A stretch of 64,000 nt of DNA from Candidatus Hodarchaeota archaeon (lineage in GTDB: Archaea; Asgardarchaeota; Lokiarchaeia; Sigyniarchaeales; SOKP01). Position 1 is the first letter of the stretch. The number at the start of each line of letters is the position of its first letter. Below are positions 50,910 to 60,756 of the stretch, piece by piece. Where the stretch lies: the NCBI GenBank assembly GCA_048886685.1, contig JBHLKM010000001.1, positions 288,001-352,000 of the forward strand. Reading direction: 5' to 3'. Position numbers and translations under genes: made by a program. The notes under the pieces were generated by a model. The model was given only the letters and a program-made list of their open reading frames with translations, made no database searches and was not told the origin of the DNA.

Positions 50910-53399
50910 TTAAAATCTTGACTTAATTATTTCTGAGATTAATTTGGGAAATTCATTCCAATCTTTTATAGTTAGTAATTGCCCTCCTACAACTTTTATC
51001 ATTTTATTCGCTTCCTTTAAGTTGTAAGAGGTTTCAGGACAAACTAGAATGAAGTCTACTCCTTGAGACCTCATTATCCTAAATTCTTGTAGGGCATCTT
51101 GAAGATCAAAGATTTCAGCATCTGTAAACAAAACATTTAATTTTTCTCGTGAATAGGAATGCTCTTTAAATTGTTTATTTGCCCACTCAAGAGCACTTTG
51201 TATTTTAGTCCCTCCTCGGGCAGATACTGAAAGTAACTCATCAGCTAATTTATCTAGATCGATTTTTTGATTAAGTTCTTTTAATACATGTGTGTTAGAT
51301 TCAAAAAATGTAATTCCTAGTTCATCCTTACGTAATCCATAACACAGCATAGTCACACAAATAGCCATGTATGCAAGTTTTTCTCCAGTCATACTGCCTG
51401 AAATATCGAGCTCAAAACATGCTGTTCTGAGACCCTTAGCAGTTTCAAAGACGAAAAAATCATCATATTCAATATGGTCTAATTTTTTCCCTTTCTCTAA
51501 TATATTATAAATTGTTTCTTCAAGGTCTATATTTTCAAAATCATCCCCGATTGAAAAGGGTCTTACTATATTTATTGGAATAGGACCGGTTGTGGAGCTG
51601 CCTAAACGCGCCCGTGAATAATAAATTCCTAATTCAATCAAAACTTTCTTTGCTAATTCTTTTACTTTTTGTTTAGCAATTTCAGGCAATCTTGTTCTAT
51701 GCATAAACCATTGTTTAAGTAAGTTTTCCCCACCACCCGCAGAAAGGCAAGATATCATTTTGTCTTGTGCTTCCTTACCACCGATTTGTTGAGCTTCTTT
51801 TAATGCATCACTTAAATTGAAATTACCTATTGCTCCTAAAGCTTCTCTATTATCAGAGGCTAAAGCACTAGCGATTAAATCTCTAAATCTCTCTGGGTTT
51901 AATTGATCTTTGATCTGATTCATTAGGTTACTTAGACGCTGAAAGTCTGCAGCTTTTTTATCCACTAATTTTTTTAGTAACTGATAATTCGGTTCAATTA
52001 ATTCATAAATATCTTCTTCACTCATCTGGAGTTTCTTGCCAATTTTTTTTATATCTCCTGATTGTGGATTTAATCCAATCTTTCTCAGAAATTCAGTCGC
52101 ATTTTTTAATTGATAAGGAGCTTCACAAGATTCTAAAGTTAACGCAGTTAATTCAGGAAGAGTTTGTGCTATTTTTTGACTGCAATGTAAATTTTGACAA
52201 CTATTCGAGAGTTGTTGAAGTTGATGCGAGAGGGATTTAAAAGCTTCAAATTTCTTATTTTGATGCATTGCCTCTTTTATTGCATTTTTAAGTGCTTGAT
52301 TGAACAGAGAATTCCATGATTTATTTGCAAATGCACCTTTAGTTAAAGATTCAAGTGAAAGATTCTTTTTGAAATCATCATTTTGTTGATTAATTTTATC
52401 AAGCAATGAATTTCTAAGGTTAGTGCCATAATATTGATCTAGCGAGTTTGCTAAATTAAAATTATGCTCAAATGAAGAACTTTGTAGAGAGTTATTTAAA
52501 ATATCATCTAAATTAAAATTTGGTGCTTCTCCTAATGTTTTAGCGGCATTAAACAATTGGTCTAAATTTTGAATTTGATTTTTTAAATCATTTTTTAATT
52601 TTTGTAAGGAATCTTTAGAGATTGCGTTTGTTTTGTCAAGAAATTTAATGGTTTGAATTAAATCTTCCAACTTGTTTGATTTAATTAACTCATCTAAGTC
52701 CATAGAAATATCTTGATTAGCAAGTGCTTTACTTGTTAATTTCTCCCAAGATCGTTTGGAGCTTTCTTGAATTAAATCATTTAAACCCAGTGAATTGCCT
52801 GCTCTTAAATCCTTAGGATCCAGAGAATTAATTCTTTGAACTAGCTTTTTTTGTGCCTCCTCAAGTAATTTATTAAAGGAATTTATTTCCTCTTTATATA
52901 ATTCAGAATCATCATTAAAAAAATTTAACGCAGCTTCTATTAGAGTTTCATTTCTCCTTTGGTTTAATGTTTCCATAAATTGTTCCATTTCTTCGATCAT
53001 GTTAGTATCTATAGATTTAGACAACTCGATTTCATCGATTAAATCTTGTAACCTATCTAATTCTGATTTTACTTCTTCATTTACAGTATTATCTTCAATT
53101 TCAATCATTTCGTTGTCATTAAAGAAAGATTTCATGATATTTTTTTTATAATTTGGAAATAAGACCTCAAAAGCAATTTCTTTTGCCAAGTTTTGATTAT
53201 CTGGAAATGATGTAACAGCACTAATTTCAATATAGTCATTTGGAGTTATAGAACCCTTACGATAATATCGAGAAATTATTAATTTAGGGATTGATAAAAC
53301 TTGTCTTGAAGATGGAATCTGAACGATATCTGGGTGGTTTCTCATCCTTCTAATAAATTCTACCGCAAATTCACATGGATTCTCAGGAAAAATCCCCAA
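50910..53399 (-). CDS. vWA-domain protein (CoxE-like C-terminus) with long helical N-terminal part
   Basis: IDLEETI, MIDAS ELDISGSM, GGTKI and LFTDAE. Confidence 0.88.
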   Translation of the reverse strand: MGIFPENPCEFAVEFIRRMRNHPDIVQIPSSRQVLSIPKLIISRYYRKGSITPNDYIEISAVTSFPDNQNLAKEIAFEVLFPNYKKNIMKSFFNDNEMIEIEDNTVNEEVKSELDRLQDLIDEIELSKSIDTNMIEEMEQFMETLNQRRNETLIEAALNFFNDDSELYKEEINSFNKLLEEAQKKLVQRINSLDPKDLRAGNSLGLNDLIQESSKRSWEKLTSKALANQDISMDLDELIKSNKLEDLIQTIKFLDKTNAISKDSLQKLKNDLKNQIQNLDQLFNAAKTLGEAPNFNLDDILNNSLQSSSFEHNFNLANSLDQYYGTNLRNSLLDKINQQNDDFKKNLSLESLTKGAFANKSWNSLFNQALKNAIKEAMHQNKKFEAFKSLSHQLQQLSNSCQNLHCSQKIAQTLPELTALTLESCEAPYQLKNATEFLRKIGLNPQSGDIKKIGKKLQMSEEDIYELIEPNYQLLKKLVDKKAADFQRLSNLMNQIKDQLNPERFRDLIASALASDNREALGAIGNFNLSDALKEAQQIGGKEAQDKMISCLSAGGGENLLKQWFMHRTRLPEIAKQKVKELAKKVLIELGIYYSRARLGSSTTGPIPINIVRPFSIGDDFENIDLEETIYNILEKGKKLDHIEYDDFFVFETAKGLRTACFELDISGSMTGEKLAYMAICVTMLCYGLRKDELGITFFESNTHVLKELNQKIDLDKLADELLSVSARGGTKIQSALEWANKQFKEHSYSREKLNVLFTDAEIFDLQDALQEFRIMRSQGVDFILVCPETSYNLKEANKMIKVVGGQLLTIKDWNEFPKLISEIIKSRF

Positions 53400-53403
53400 A
53401 AAT

Positions 53404-54345
53404 TTACCCCCCTAAAGTTTTATGTATTATGTTTTCAATTACATTTTCAACTTTTACACCAGGTTTAGGCTTGATACTCCCTAATAGCACATTTTTTGCA
53501 ATCTCAGAAAGATAAACATATATAGATTCTTTTTCTTTTATGTTCTTATCTTTTTCAATCTGTCTTCTTCTTCCTAGTAATTTAGCCATTGCAATTCCCG
53601 CTCTTATTGATGCGGGGATTTCAATGTCAACCTTATTTTGCCTAGTTTCTTTTATAACAGAATAAATTAATTCTAATTCAGATTCTTCTACAATAAAATG
53701 TTCTGGTAAATTTAATCTTATAATATCTAACTCCGTTGATTTATCAGGATAAGTTAGTTTAATCCAAACTTTTATTCTATCTTTTAATGCTTCAGATAAG
53801 CGGTGTGTTCCTGATAATTCTTCAGGATTCATTGCACATATAAAAAAGAAATCTCTATCTGCTTTTATCCTCCCTAAATGGGGAATTCCGATGGAAGCTT
53901 CTTCTAATGGTTCTAACAAAGTATTTTGAGAATATTCTGTGGCACGGTTAATTTCATTTGCAAGGAATGTCCCACCTTCTAGCATAGCATTCAATAATGG
54001 TCCAGGATTAAATGCTTCTAGTACAAAACCTTTTTTTAACGTGATTGCTGGATCAAACGATCCAACGAAATGTGAAGGTTTGATGCTTTCATCCATAGTC
54101 ATCCAATTGAAACTTTTGTTTTTGTTTTCTTTTGCTCTGAGACTCGCAAAGTATCTACATAAAATAGTCTTTCCGACGCCAGGAGGACCTACCAATGCTG
54201 GAAATAGACCAGTTGCTTCTGCATCTCTTAATAATTCAAGTGCTTTACCGTACTGACCTGATAGTACAATATCAATTTGTACTTCGGAAATATCTTTTAT
54301 AAGGTGTTGACTGAATAATTCCTCAAACTTTTGTTTATTTATCAT
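53404..54345 (-). CDS. MoxR-like AAA+ ATPase (second subfamily)
   Basis: GPPGVGKT, GPLLNAM, ANEINRA, CAMNP and LSEALKDR. Confidence 0.92.
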   Translation of the reverse strand: MINKQKFEELFSQHLIKDISEVQIDIVLSGQYGKALELLRDAEATGLFPALVGPPGVGKTILCRYFASLRAKENKNKSFNWMTMDESIKPSHFVGSFDPAITLKKGFVLEAFNPGPLLNAMLEGGTFLANEINRATEYSQNTLLEPLEEASIGIPHLGRIKADRDFFFICAMNPEELSGTHRLSEALKDRIKVWIKLTYPDKSTELDIIRLNLPEHFIVEESELELIYSVIKETRQNKVDIEIPASIRAGIAMAKLLGRRRQIEKDKNIKEKESIYVYLSEIAKNVLLGSIKPKPGVKVENVIENIIHKTLGG

Positions 54346-54467
54346 CTTTAAATCTATAAAGCATTTTGAATTAGTTAATGATTTTCTTACATGAATATTA
54401 AGTGTTTGTTAATATAAAACTTTAAAGTTAATAATTAAAAGATATTATATTTTCTTAATTAGATTGA

Positions 54468-55343
54468 TTGAGGTTTAATAAAATCCTAAAAAAGATTTGT
54501 CTTATTATGATCCCGCCTTATTTTGATGAGAAGAATTTTATTTTATATCACAGTGATGCCATCGAATTATTAAATCAATTTGAAAGCGATAAATTTGATT
54601 TGATTTATGTTGATCCTCCCTACTTCCTTTCAAATGATGGTATAACTTGTCAATCAGGGAAAATGGTATCCGTTAATAAAGGTACTTGGGATAAATCCAA
54701 GGGATTTGAGGAAGATGTACAGTTCATAGACTCCTGGTTGAAAGCGTGTAGAAGTGTATTAAAAGAGAATGGGAGTATCTGGGTTTCCGGTACTTTACAC
54801 AATATATATAAAGTGGGATATCTATTGGAAAAAAATGATTATGACATAATTAATGATGTCATAATGTATAAACCCAATGCGCCTCCTAATTTATCATGCA
54901 AATATTTCACGCATAGCCATGAGGTCATTTTATGGGCTCGAAAGTCGAGAAACTCTGAACACACCTTTAATTATGAGAAAATGAAATTTTGGAATAACCC
55001 TAAAGATAAACTAAAAAATAAAGATAAACAAATGCGTAGTGTTTGGTCAATTCCTTTAATCCCCAAGGAAGAAAAAGTTTTTGGTAAACATCCAACCCAA
55101 AAACCGTTAGAATTGTTAAATAGAATAATTTCATCCTCTTCAAATGAAGGTGATTGGGTATTGGATCCCTTTGTAGGATCTGGTACTACAGGGATAGTAT
55201 GTAGTATTTTAAATCGAAAATTCATTGGGATCGATTCAAATAAAGAATATTTGGATGTAGCAATTAAAAGGTTTAAAGATCCAAGAAAAGGAAGCCAATT
55301 ATATTCTCCCAAAACTAAAAATCATTTAATGAAATTTATTTAA
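54468..55343 (+). CDS. Beta-class amino-DNA methyltransferase, DpnA-like; probable ATG start at 54507
   Basis: DPPYFLSN..GKMVSVNKGTWD, HPTQKP and DPFVGSGT in beta-class order. Confidence 0.9.
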   Translation: MRFNKILKKICLIMIPPYFDEKNFILYHSDAIELLNQFESDKFDLIYVDPPYFLSNDGITCQSGKMVSVNKGTWDKSKGFEEDVQFIDSWLKACRSVLKENGSIWVSGTLHNIYKVGYLLEKNDYDIINDVIMYKPNAPPNLSCKYFTHSHEVILWARKSRNSEHTFNYEKMKFWNNPKDKLKNKDKQMRSVWSIPLIPKEEKVFGKHPTQKPLELLNRIISSSSNEGDWVLDPFVGSGTTGIVCSILNRKFIGIDSNKEYLDVAIKRFKDPRKGSQLYSPKTKNHLMKFI

Positions 55344-55452
55344 ATCTTTTAAATTCTAACATTTCTTTGAAAATATATAATGAAAATTCTTATTAAATAA
55401 GACAGTTATATTTTTAATTAAACTAAAGAATTGATAATTTTTAGGGATATAT

Positions 55453-57831
55453 ATGCAATTAGACCAAAGATCTTTATCAGATTATAAAGAACGCACATTA
55501 AGAATGAAAAATAAGCTAACAAAAGCACCACATGAAATATGTGTAGAAAGAGCGAGATTTTTTACAGAATCCTATAAAAAAACTAAAGGAGAAAATCCCA
55601 TTATTAGATTTGCAAAAGCCATGGATAACTATTTAACTAATATGACAATAAAAATATGGGAAGATGAATATATAGTCGGAAATAGATGTACAAAATATGT
55701 AGGAACTCCCATGTATCCTGAAGCCCGAATAGATACAATTGAACAAGATATTGATAATTACGATACTCGTCCTATCCAAAAACTTTTCTTAACAAACCAA
55801 GAAAGAGAATTTATAAAAGAAGAACTAATCCCTTATTGGAAAAATGAAGAAATTACTGTACAAGAACGATTTCAATCTTATTTAAGCCCAGATGTAAAAG
55901 ACATTATGGAAAAGCTTTTGTTTGCTGTAGATGTGGAGCTCTCTAGTGGAATTGGTCATTTTTTTCCAGGTCATGAAAATATATTAAAAAGTGGGATAGA
56001 TGGATTAATTGAAAAAACAAGGAGAAGCTTGGGCAAAAACTCTAATGATTTAGATAAAAATGCTTTTTTGGAATCGGTTATCATTCTATTGAAAGCTGTC
56101 AAAAAATTAATACGGAGATTTTCAAGTTTAGCGAGAGAAATGGGTAATAAAGAAAATAATCCCGCCCGTCAAGAAGAACTTTATGAAATCTCTAGAATTT
56201 GCGATAATATTTCAAGTAAACCTCCAAAAAGTTTTGAAGAAGCTTTACAATTAATTTATTTTACTCATATAATATGTGGTTTAGAAGATGGTGGTTTTGC
56301 TATTTCGGTGGGACGGTTGGATCACTATCTATATCCTTATTATTTATTAGATAAAAAGAAAGGAAAGATTACCAGAGAAAAAGTTCAGTTTCTTATAGAA
56401 TGTTTTTTCATCAAACTCTCTACATTATGGAATTATGTTATTTCAAAAGGAGTGGTGGCAGTAGAAGGTCCTCCCATTGCTCAAAATGTAGTAATTGGAG
56501 GATTAGATCGTAAAGGACACGACGCTACAAATGAATTATCATTGATTATTTTAGATGCTTATACTCACATTAAATCCGTACAACCGACTTTTTGTGTTAG
56601 AATTCATAAAGATACATCCGAAGATTTTCTTATGAAAGTTGGAGAATCTATAAAAAGTGGTACTAGCATTGCTCTACTTAATGACCAAGTGATGATCCCC
56701 GGTCTTATTAATCGCGGTTTTACTATTGAAGATGCTCGAGAATATGCACCAATAGGATGCGTTGAGCCTCAACACCCTTATAAATCATTTGGTTCGACAA
56801 ACGCTAATCAATTTAATGTAGTGAAATGCTTAGAATTAGCATTAAATAATGGGATTGATATGATCTCTCGAAAAGAATATGGAGTTAAAATGGATAAAAA
56901 TATTAATTCTTATGAGAATCTTTGGGAAGCATTTAAGGATCAGGTAAGATATTTCATTGAATATATGGTAAAAATCATGCATTTTCTTGATAAATCAATT
57001 GCTGAACTTACCCCTCAACCATTTTTATCTGCTACTATAGATGATTGTATAGAACGTGGATTAGATATTACTAAAGGAGGAGCAATTTATAATTTTACAG
57101 GTCCTCAACTGATTGGTTTAGCTACAATCGCAGATAGTCTTGCTGTAATTAAAAAAGTTGTTTTTGAAGATAAACTACTTTCATTTGAAGATATAGTTCT
57201 GATGCTAAGAAAAAATTTCAAAGGTGTTTATCAAGGCAGAAAAGGAACTGAATGGCGGGAGTTTTTCATAAATAAAGTTCCAAAATTTGGTAATGACAAC
57301 AATTATGTTGATCAAATAGCCGTTGATGTCGCAAGATTTTATTGTGAAGAAATTTCTAAATATTCCAACTATCGAGGAGGGAAATATAATCCTGGAATAT
57401 ATTCCACAACTTTCCATTTAGCATTTGGTGTTTTTACAGGAGCTTCAGCTGATGGTAGAAGAAAGACAGAACCCCTTTCAAATGGCCTTTGTCCTACAAG
57501 TGGTATGGACGAAAATGGCCCCACGGCTATTCTCAATTCTATTAAAAAGCTTGATAATGGATTAATGAGTAATGGTAATTCATTAATTCTATCTTTTCAT
57601 CCGAATACATTAAAATTGAATATTTTAATTCCACTAATTAGAACTTTTTTTGAGCCTGAAGGTGGTTATCAAATCCAATTTAATGTTGTGGGAAAAAAGA
57701 CTTTATGTAATGCTCAAGAAGATCCGGATAGTTATAGAGGGCTTGTTGTAAGAATTGCAGGATATTCAGTGTATTTTACTGAGTTATCAAAAAGTGCGCA
57801 AGATGAAATTATTGCTCGAACTGAATATTAA
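55453..57831 (+). CDS. Glycyl radical enzyme (PFL2/dehydratase-like), substrate unknown
   Basis: SVGRLD, Cys loop IGCVEP, PKFGND, ASADGR and Gly loop LVVRIAGYS. Confidence 0.93.
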   Translation: MQLDQRSLSDYKERTLRMKNKLTKAPHEICVERARFFTESYKKTKGENPIIRFAKAMDNYLTNMTIKIWEDEYIVGNRCTKYVGTPMYPEARIDTIEQDIDNYDTRPIQKLFLTNQEREFIKEELIPYWKNEEITVQERFQSYLSPDVKDIMEKLLFAVDVELSSGIGHFFPGHENILKSGIDGLIEKTRRSLGKNSNDLDKNAFLESVIILLKAVKKLIRRFSSLAREMGNKENNPARQEELYEISRICDNISSKPPKSFEEALQLIYFTHIICGLEDGGFAISVGRLDHYLYPYYLLDKKKGKITREKVQFLIECFFIKLSTLWNYVISKGVVAVEGPPIAQNVVIGGLDRKGHDATNELSLIILDAYTHIKSVQPTFCVRIHKDTSEDFLMKVGESIKSGTSIALLNDQVMIPGLINRGFTIEDAREYAPIGCVEPQHPYKSFGSTNANQFNVVKCLELALNNGIDMISRKEYGVKMDKNINSYENLWEAFKDQVRYFIEYMVKIMHFLDKSIAELTPQPFLSATIDDCIERGLDITKGGAIYNFTGPQLIGLATIADSLAVIKKVVFEDKLLSFEDIVLMLRKNFKGVYQGRKGTEWREFFINKVPKFGNDNNYVDQIAVDVARFYCEEISKYSNYRGGKYNPGIYSTTFHLAFGVFTGASADGRRKTEPLSNGLCPTSGMDENGPTAILNSIKKLDNGLMSNGNSLILSFHPNTLKLNILIPLIRTFFEPEGGYQIQFNVVGKKTLCNAQEDPDSYRGLVVRIAGYSVYFTELSKSAQDEIIARTEY

Positions 57832-57917
57832 TCACTTAATTTTTAAACATTGATTAAAAATAATAAAAAATTTTAGTTATCTTGATTTTAAAATTATAAA
57901 TATTAATATTATTAAAC

Positions 57918-58019
57918 GGGCCTGTAGATCAGTGGAAGATCGCTTGATATCATTAAGCAAAACGCTTAATAACATGATTCGCATTCAAGAGGTCACGGGT
58001 TCAATTCCCGTCAGGTCCA
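57918..58019 (+). tRNA. tRNA-Ala(CGC) with a 30-nt intron at non-canonical position 32/33 (57949..57978)
   Basis: Acceptor GGGCCTG/CAGGTCC with G3:U70 and A73; T arm ACGGG-TTCAATT-CCCGT. Removing 30 nt gives the anticodon arm CTTGA-TTCGCAT-TCAAG and a 72-nt tRNA. CCA is not encoded. Confidence 0.92.
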
Positions 58020-58142
58020 TTTAATTTAGTCGAATTAATTTATGAAGAAAGCAAAATCAACAGCTACAATTTGAATAAATATTATAAAGTTATCAAATAT
58101 TATGCATTGTTATATTAATATACCTTCTAATTAGAATTTAAA

Positions 58143-60743
58143 ATGACACAAGAAACAGTTTTTCCAAAAAGATTCAATTTTAAAGAAGTTCAAAAAAAGT
58201 GGATAAAATTTTGGAAAGAAGAGAAAATATACGCATTTGACGTCAATAATAAGGCTGAAGTATTTTCAATCGATACGCCTCCTCCTTTTGTAAGCGGGGA
58301 TCTTCATATGGGACACATTTTAAATCATTCATGGATTGATTTTGTGGCAAGATATCATAAGATGAAAGGAGATAATGTTTATTTTCCTCAAGGTTTTGAT
58401 TGCCATGGACTCCCTGTAGAACTCGCTGTTCAAAAGGAATATGGGATTTCTCAGCATCAGAGGGATGAATTCCTCGAAAAATGTGTTGAATGGGTCGATA
58501 ATAACATTGAAAATATGAGGAGACAATTTGATGATTTGGGATATTCCGCTGATTGGGATTATACATATCGAACTATGAATGATGATTATAAATTTAAAGT
58601 TCAATTATCACTATTATTCTTTTATGAAAAGGGATGGTTGTACCGTGAGAAATTCCCTACACATTTCTGTGTTAACTGTGAAACATCTGTTGCAAAAGCG
58701 GAAGTGGGTTATCAAGAAGAACAAGGACAATTATGGTATATTAAATTACCAATTGTTGGGAGGGAAAATGAATTTATAACGATAGCAACAACAAGACCTG
58801 AATATATGGAAGCCTGTGTTGCCGTTATGGTTCACCCAAATGATGAAAGGTATTATGATCTTTCTGCTGCTGAAATAGAAATACCTTTCACTGACCGAAC
58901 TGTTCGAGTTTATATGGATAGTATAGTTGATATGAATTTTGGTACAGGAATTGTTTATGTTTGTACTTATGGCGATGAAATGGATATAAATTGGAAATTG
59001 AATTATAATCTTGATGAAATACAGATCTTCACGGAAGATGGTCATATGAATGAAAATTCTAAATACCAGGGTCTAACTATTCTTGAAGCTCGAGAAGAAA
59101 TTGTAAAAGATCTTGATAAAATAGGATTGATCGAAAAAATAGAAGATTATGAGCATAGTATCATTGTTCACACAGAACGTTCATCTTGTCGAAAGCCAAT
59201 TGAATATTTACCTGTATATCAGTGGTTTATCAATGTAAGGGATTTTACTGGAGATATAATTGAATCTGCTGAAAAAATGAAATGGTATCCGGAAAAACAG
59301 AAACAGAGATTAATAGATTGGGCAGGAGGATTAGATTGGAACTGGGTTATTTCACGTCAGCGTGTTTTTGGAACTCCTATCCCCTTTTGGTACTGTAAAG
59401 ATTGTAATGAAATCATACCACCGAAAAGAGAAGACCTACCATTAGATCCTGTAAAAGTTCAACCCCCAATTAAAGAATGCCCGGAATGTAAAAGTAAAAA
59501 CATTATAGGGGAAAAAGACGTTTGTGATTGTTGGATTGATTCGAGTATAACTCCTTTAGAAATTGCTAAATGGAAAGAAGATGAAAATTTTTTTAAGAAG
59601 ACGTACCTATATGCAAAAACTCATCGACCACAAGGATATGAGATTATTCGAACTTGGTTATTTTATACATTGTTCCGATGTAAAAAATTGACAGGAAAAG
59701 ATCCTTTTTATGAGGTAATGATAAACGGAATGGTAGCTGGTCCAGATGGTCGTCATATGTCAAAAAGTCTTGGAAATTCTGTTTCACCAGATGAAGTTAT
59801 GCCAAATTTTGGTGCAGATGCAATTAGATATTGGGCAGCTATGGGTTCTTTAGGAGACGATTATCCATTTGAATTTAATTGGATAAATCTTCAATCTCAA
59901 CAGCCAATTTCCATTGAAACTATTTCAAAAGAAAAAGAGAATCTACCTGAAAATAAATTTAATAAAAAATATGGAATAAGATATGAACAATTAATAGGTG
60001 CATCAAGATTTGTAACAAAAATATGGAACGCTTTCAGATTTTTATTTCTAAATCTAACTAAGATTGAAATAAAAGAACTTACTCTTGATTCTAACGAATT
60101 ATCTGAAATTGACAGTTATTTTTTTTCTGAATTTAATAAGAATTTGGAATTGATCACAAAAAATCTAGATAATTATAATTGGCATGAAGCTATGATGACC
60201 TATCGTTCTTTCTTTTGGAATGAAATTTGCGATAACTACATTGAAGCAATAAAATACAAGTTTTATGTCGATAACCTTAACATCAGAGAAATATCCTTAA
60301 GAAATGCATTGAATTTGTTTTATAAATTAGTTATTATTTCTGCTATTACAATGCCTTTCATTTCTGAAGAAATATATTCTATAATTTATAAAAATTTTAG
60401 AAACGTGAAATCAATACATTTAGAGAATTGGCCAACTCCTTACCAAGATATCCCTGAGGAGCTAATTGAAAGAGGGAAATTTGGAATTGAAATTATTAAA
60501 ATTCTAAGAATGAATAAATCAAAACTTCAAATACCACTAAACCAAGATATAAGAAAAGTTATTATTTTCTCTGACAAGTCGAATTTAGAAAAGATTAAGA
60601 ATCTTAAAAAAGATATCAAAAATACTATTAGAATAGAGAATTTAGAGTTAATCGAGAAAGCTAAGGAGACGTCTATTAAAGAACAACCAATTTTAACAGA
60701 AAAGGTTGAAGATTTAAATCTTACTATCCATTTCTATAATTGA
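58143..60743 (+). CDS. valS: Valine--tRNA ligase (archaeal type)
   Basis: IDTPPPFVSGDLHMGH, ATTRPE, WVISRQR, RPQGYEIIRTW and HMSKS. Confidence 0.97.
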   Translation: MTQETVFPKRFNFKEVQKKWIKFWKEEKIYAFDVNNKAEVFSIDTPPPFVSGDLHMGHILNHSWIDFVARYHKMKGDNVYFPQGFDCHGLPVELAVQKEYGISQHQRDEFLEKCVEWVDNNIENMRRQFDDLGYSADWDYTYRTMNDDYKFKVQLSLLFFYEKGWLYREKFPTHFCVNCETSVAKAEVGYQEEQGQLWYIKLPIVGRENEFITIATTRPEYMEACVAVMVHPNDERYYDLSAAEIEIPFTDRTVRVYMDSIVDMNFGTGIVYVCTYGDEMDINWKLNYNLDEIQIFTEDGHMNENSKYQGLTILEAREEIVKDLDKIGLIEKIEDYEHSIIVHTERSSCRKPIEYLPVYQWFINVRDFTGDIIESAEKMKWYPEKQKQRLIDWAGGLDWNWVISRQRVFGTPIPFWYCKDCNEIIPPKREDLPLDPVKVQPPIKECPECKSKNIIGEKDVCDCWIDSSITPLEIAKWKEDENFFKKTYLYAKTHRPQGYEIIRTWLFYTLFRCKKLTGKDPFYEVMINGMVAGPDGRHMSKSLGNSVSPDEVMPNFGADAIRYWAAMGSLGDDYPFEFNWINLQSQQPISIETISKEKENLPENKFNKKYGIRYEQLIGASRFVTKIWNAFRFLFLNLTKIEIKELTLDSNELSEIDSYFFSEFNKNLELITKNLDNYNWHEAMMTYRSFFWNEICDNYIEAIKYKFYVDNLNIREISLRNALNLFYKLVIISAITMPFISEEIYSIIYKNFRNVKSIHLENWPTPYQDIPEELIERGKFGIEIIKILRMNKSKLQIPLNQDIRKVIIFSDKSNLEKIKNLKKDIKNTIRIENLELIEKAKETSIKEQPILTEKVEDLNLTIHFYN

Positions 60744-60756
60744 GGTACTTTATTTA

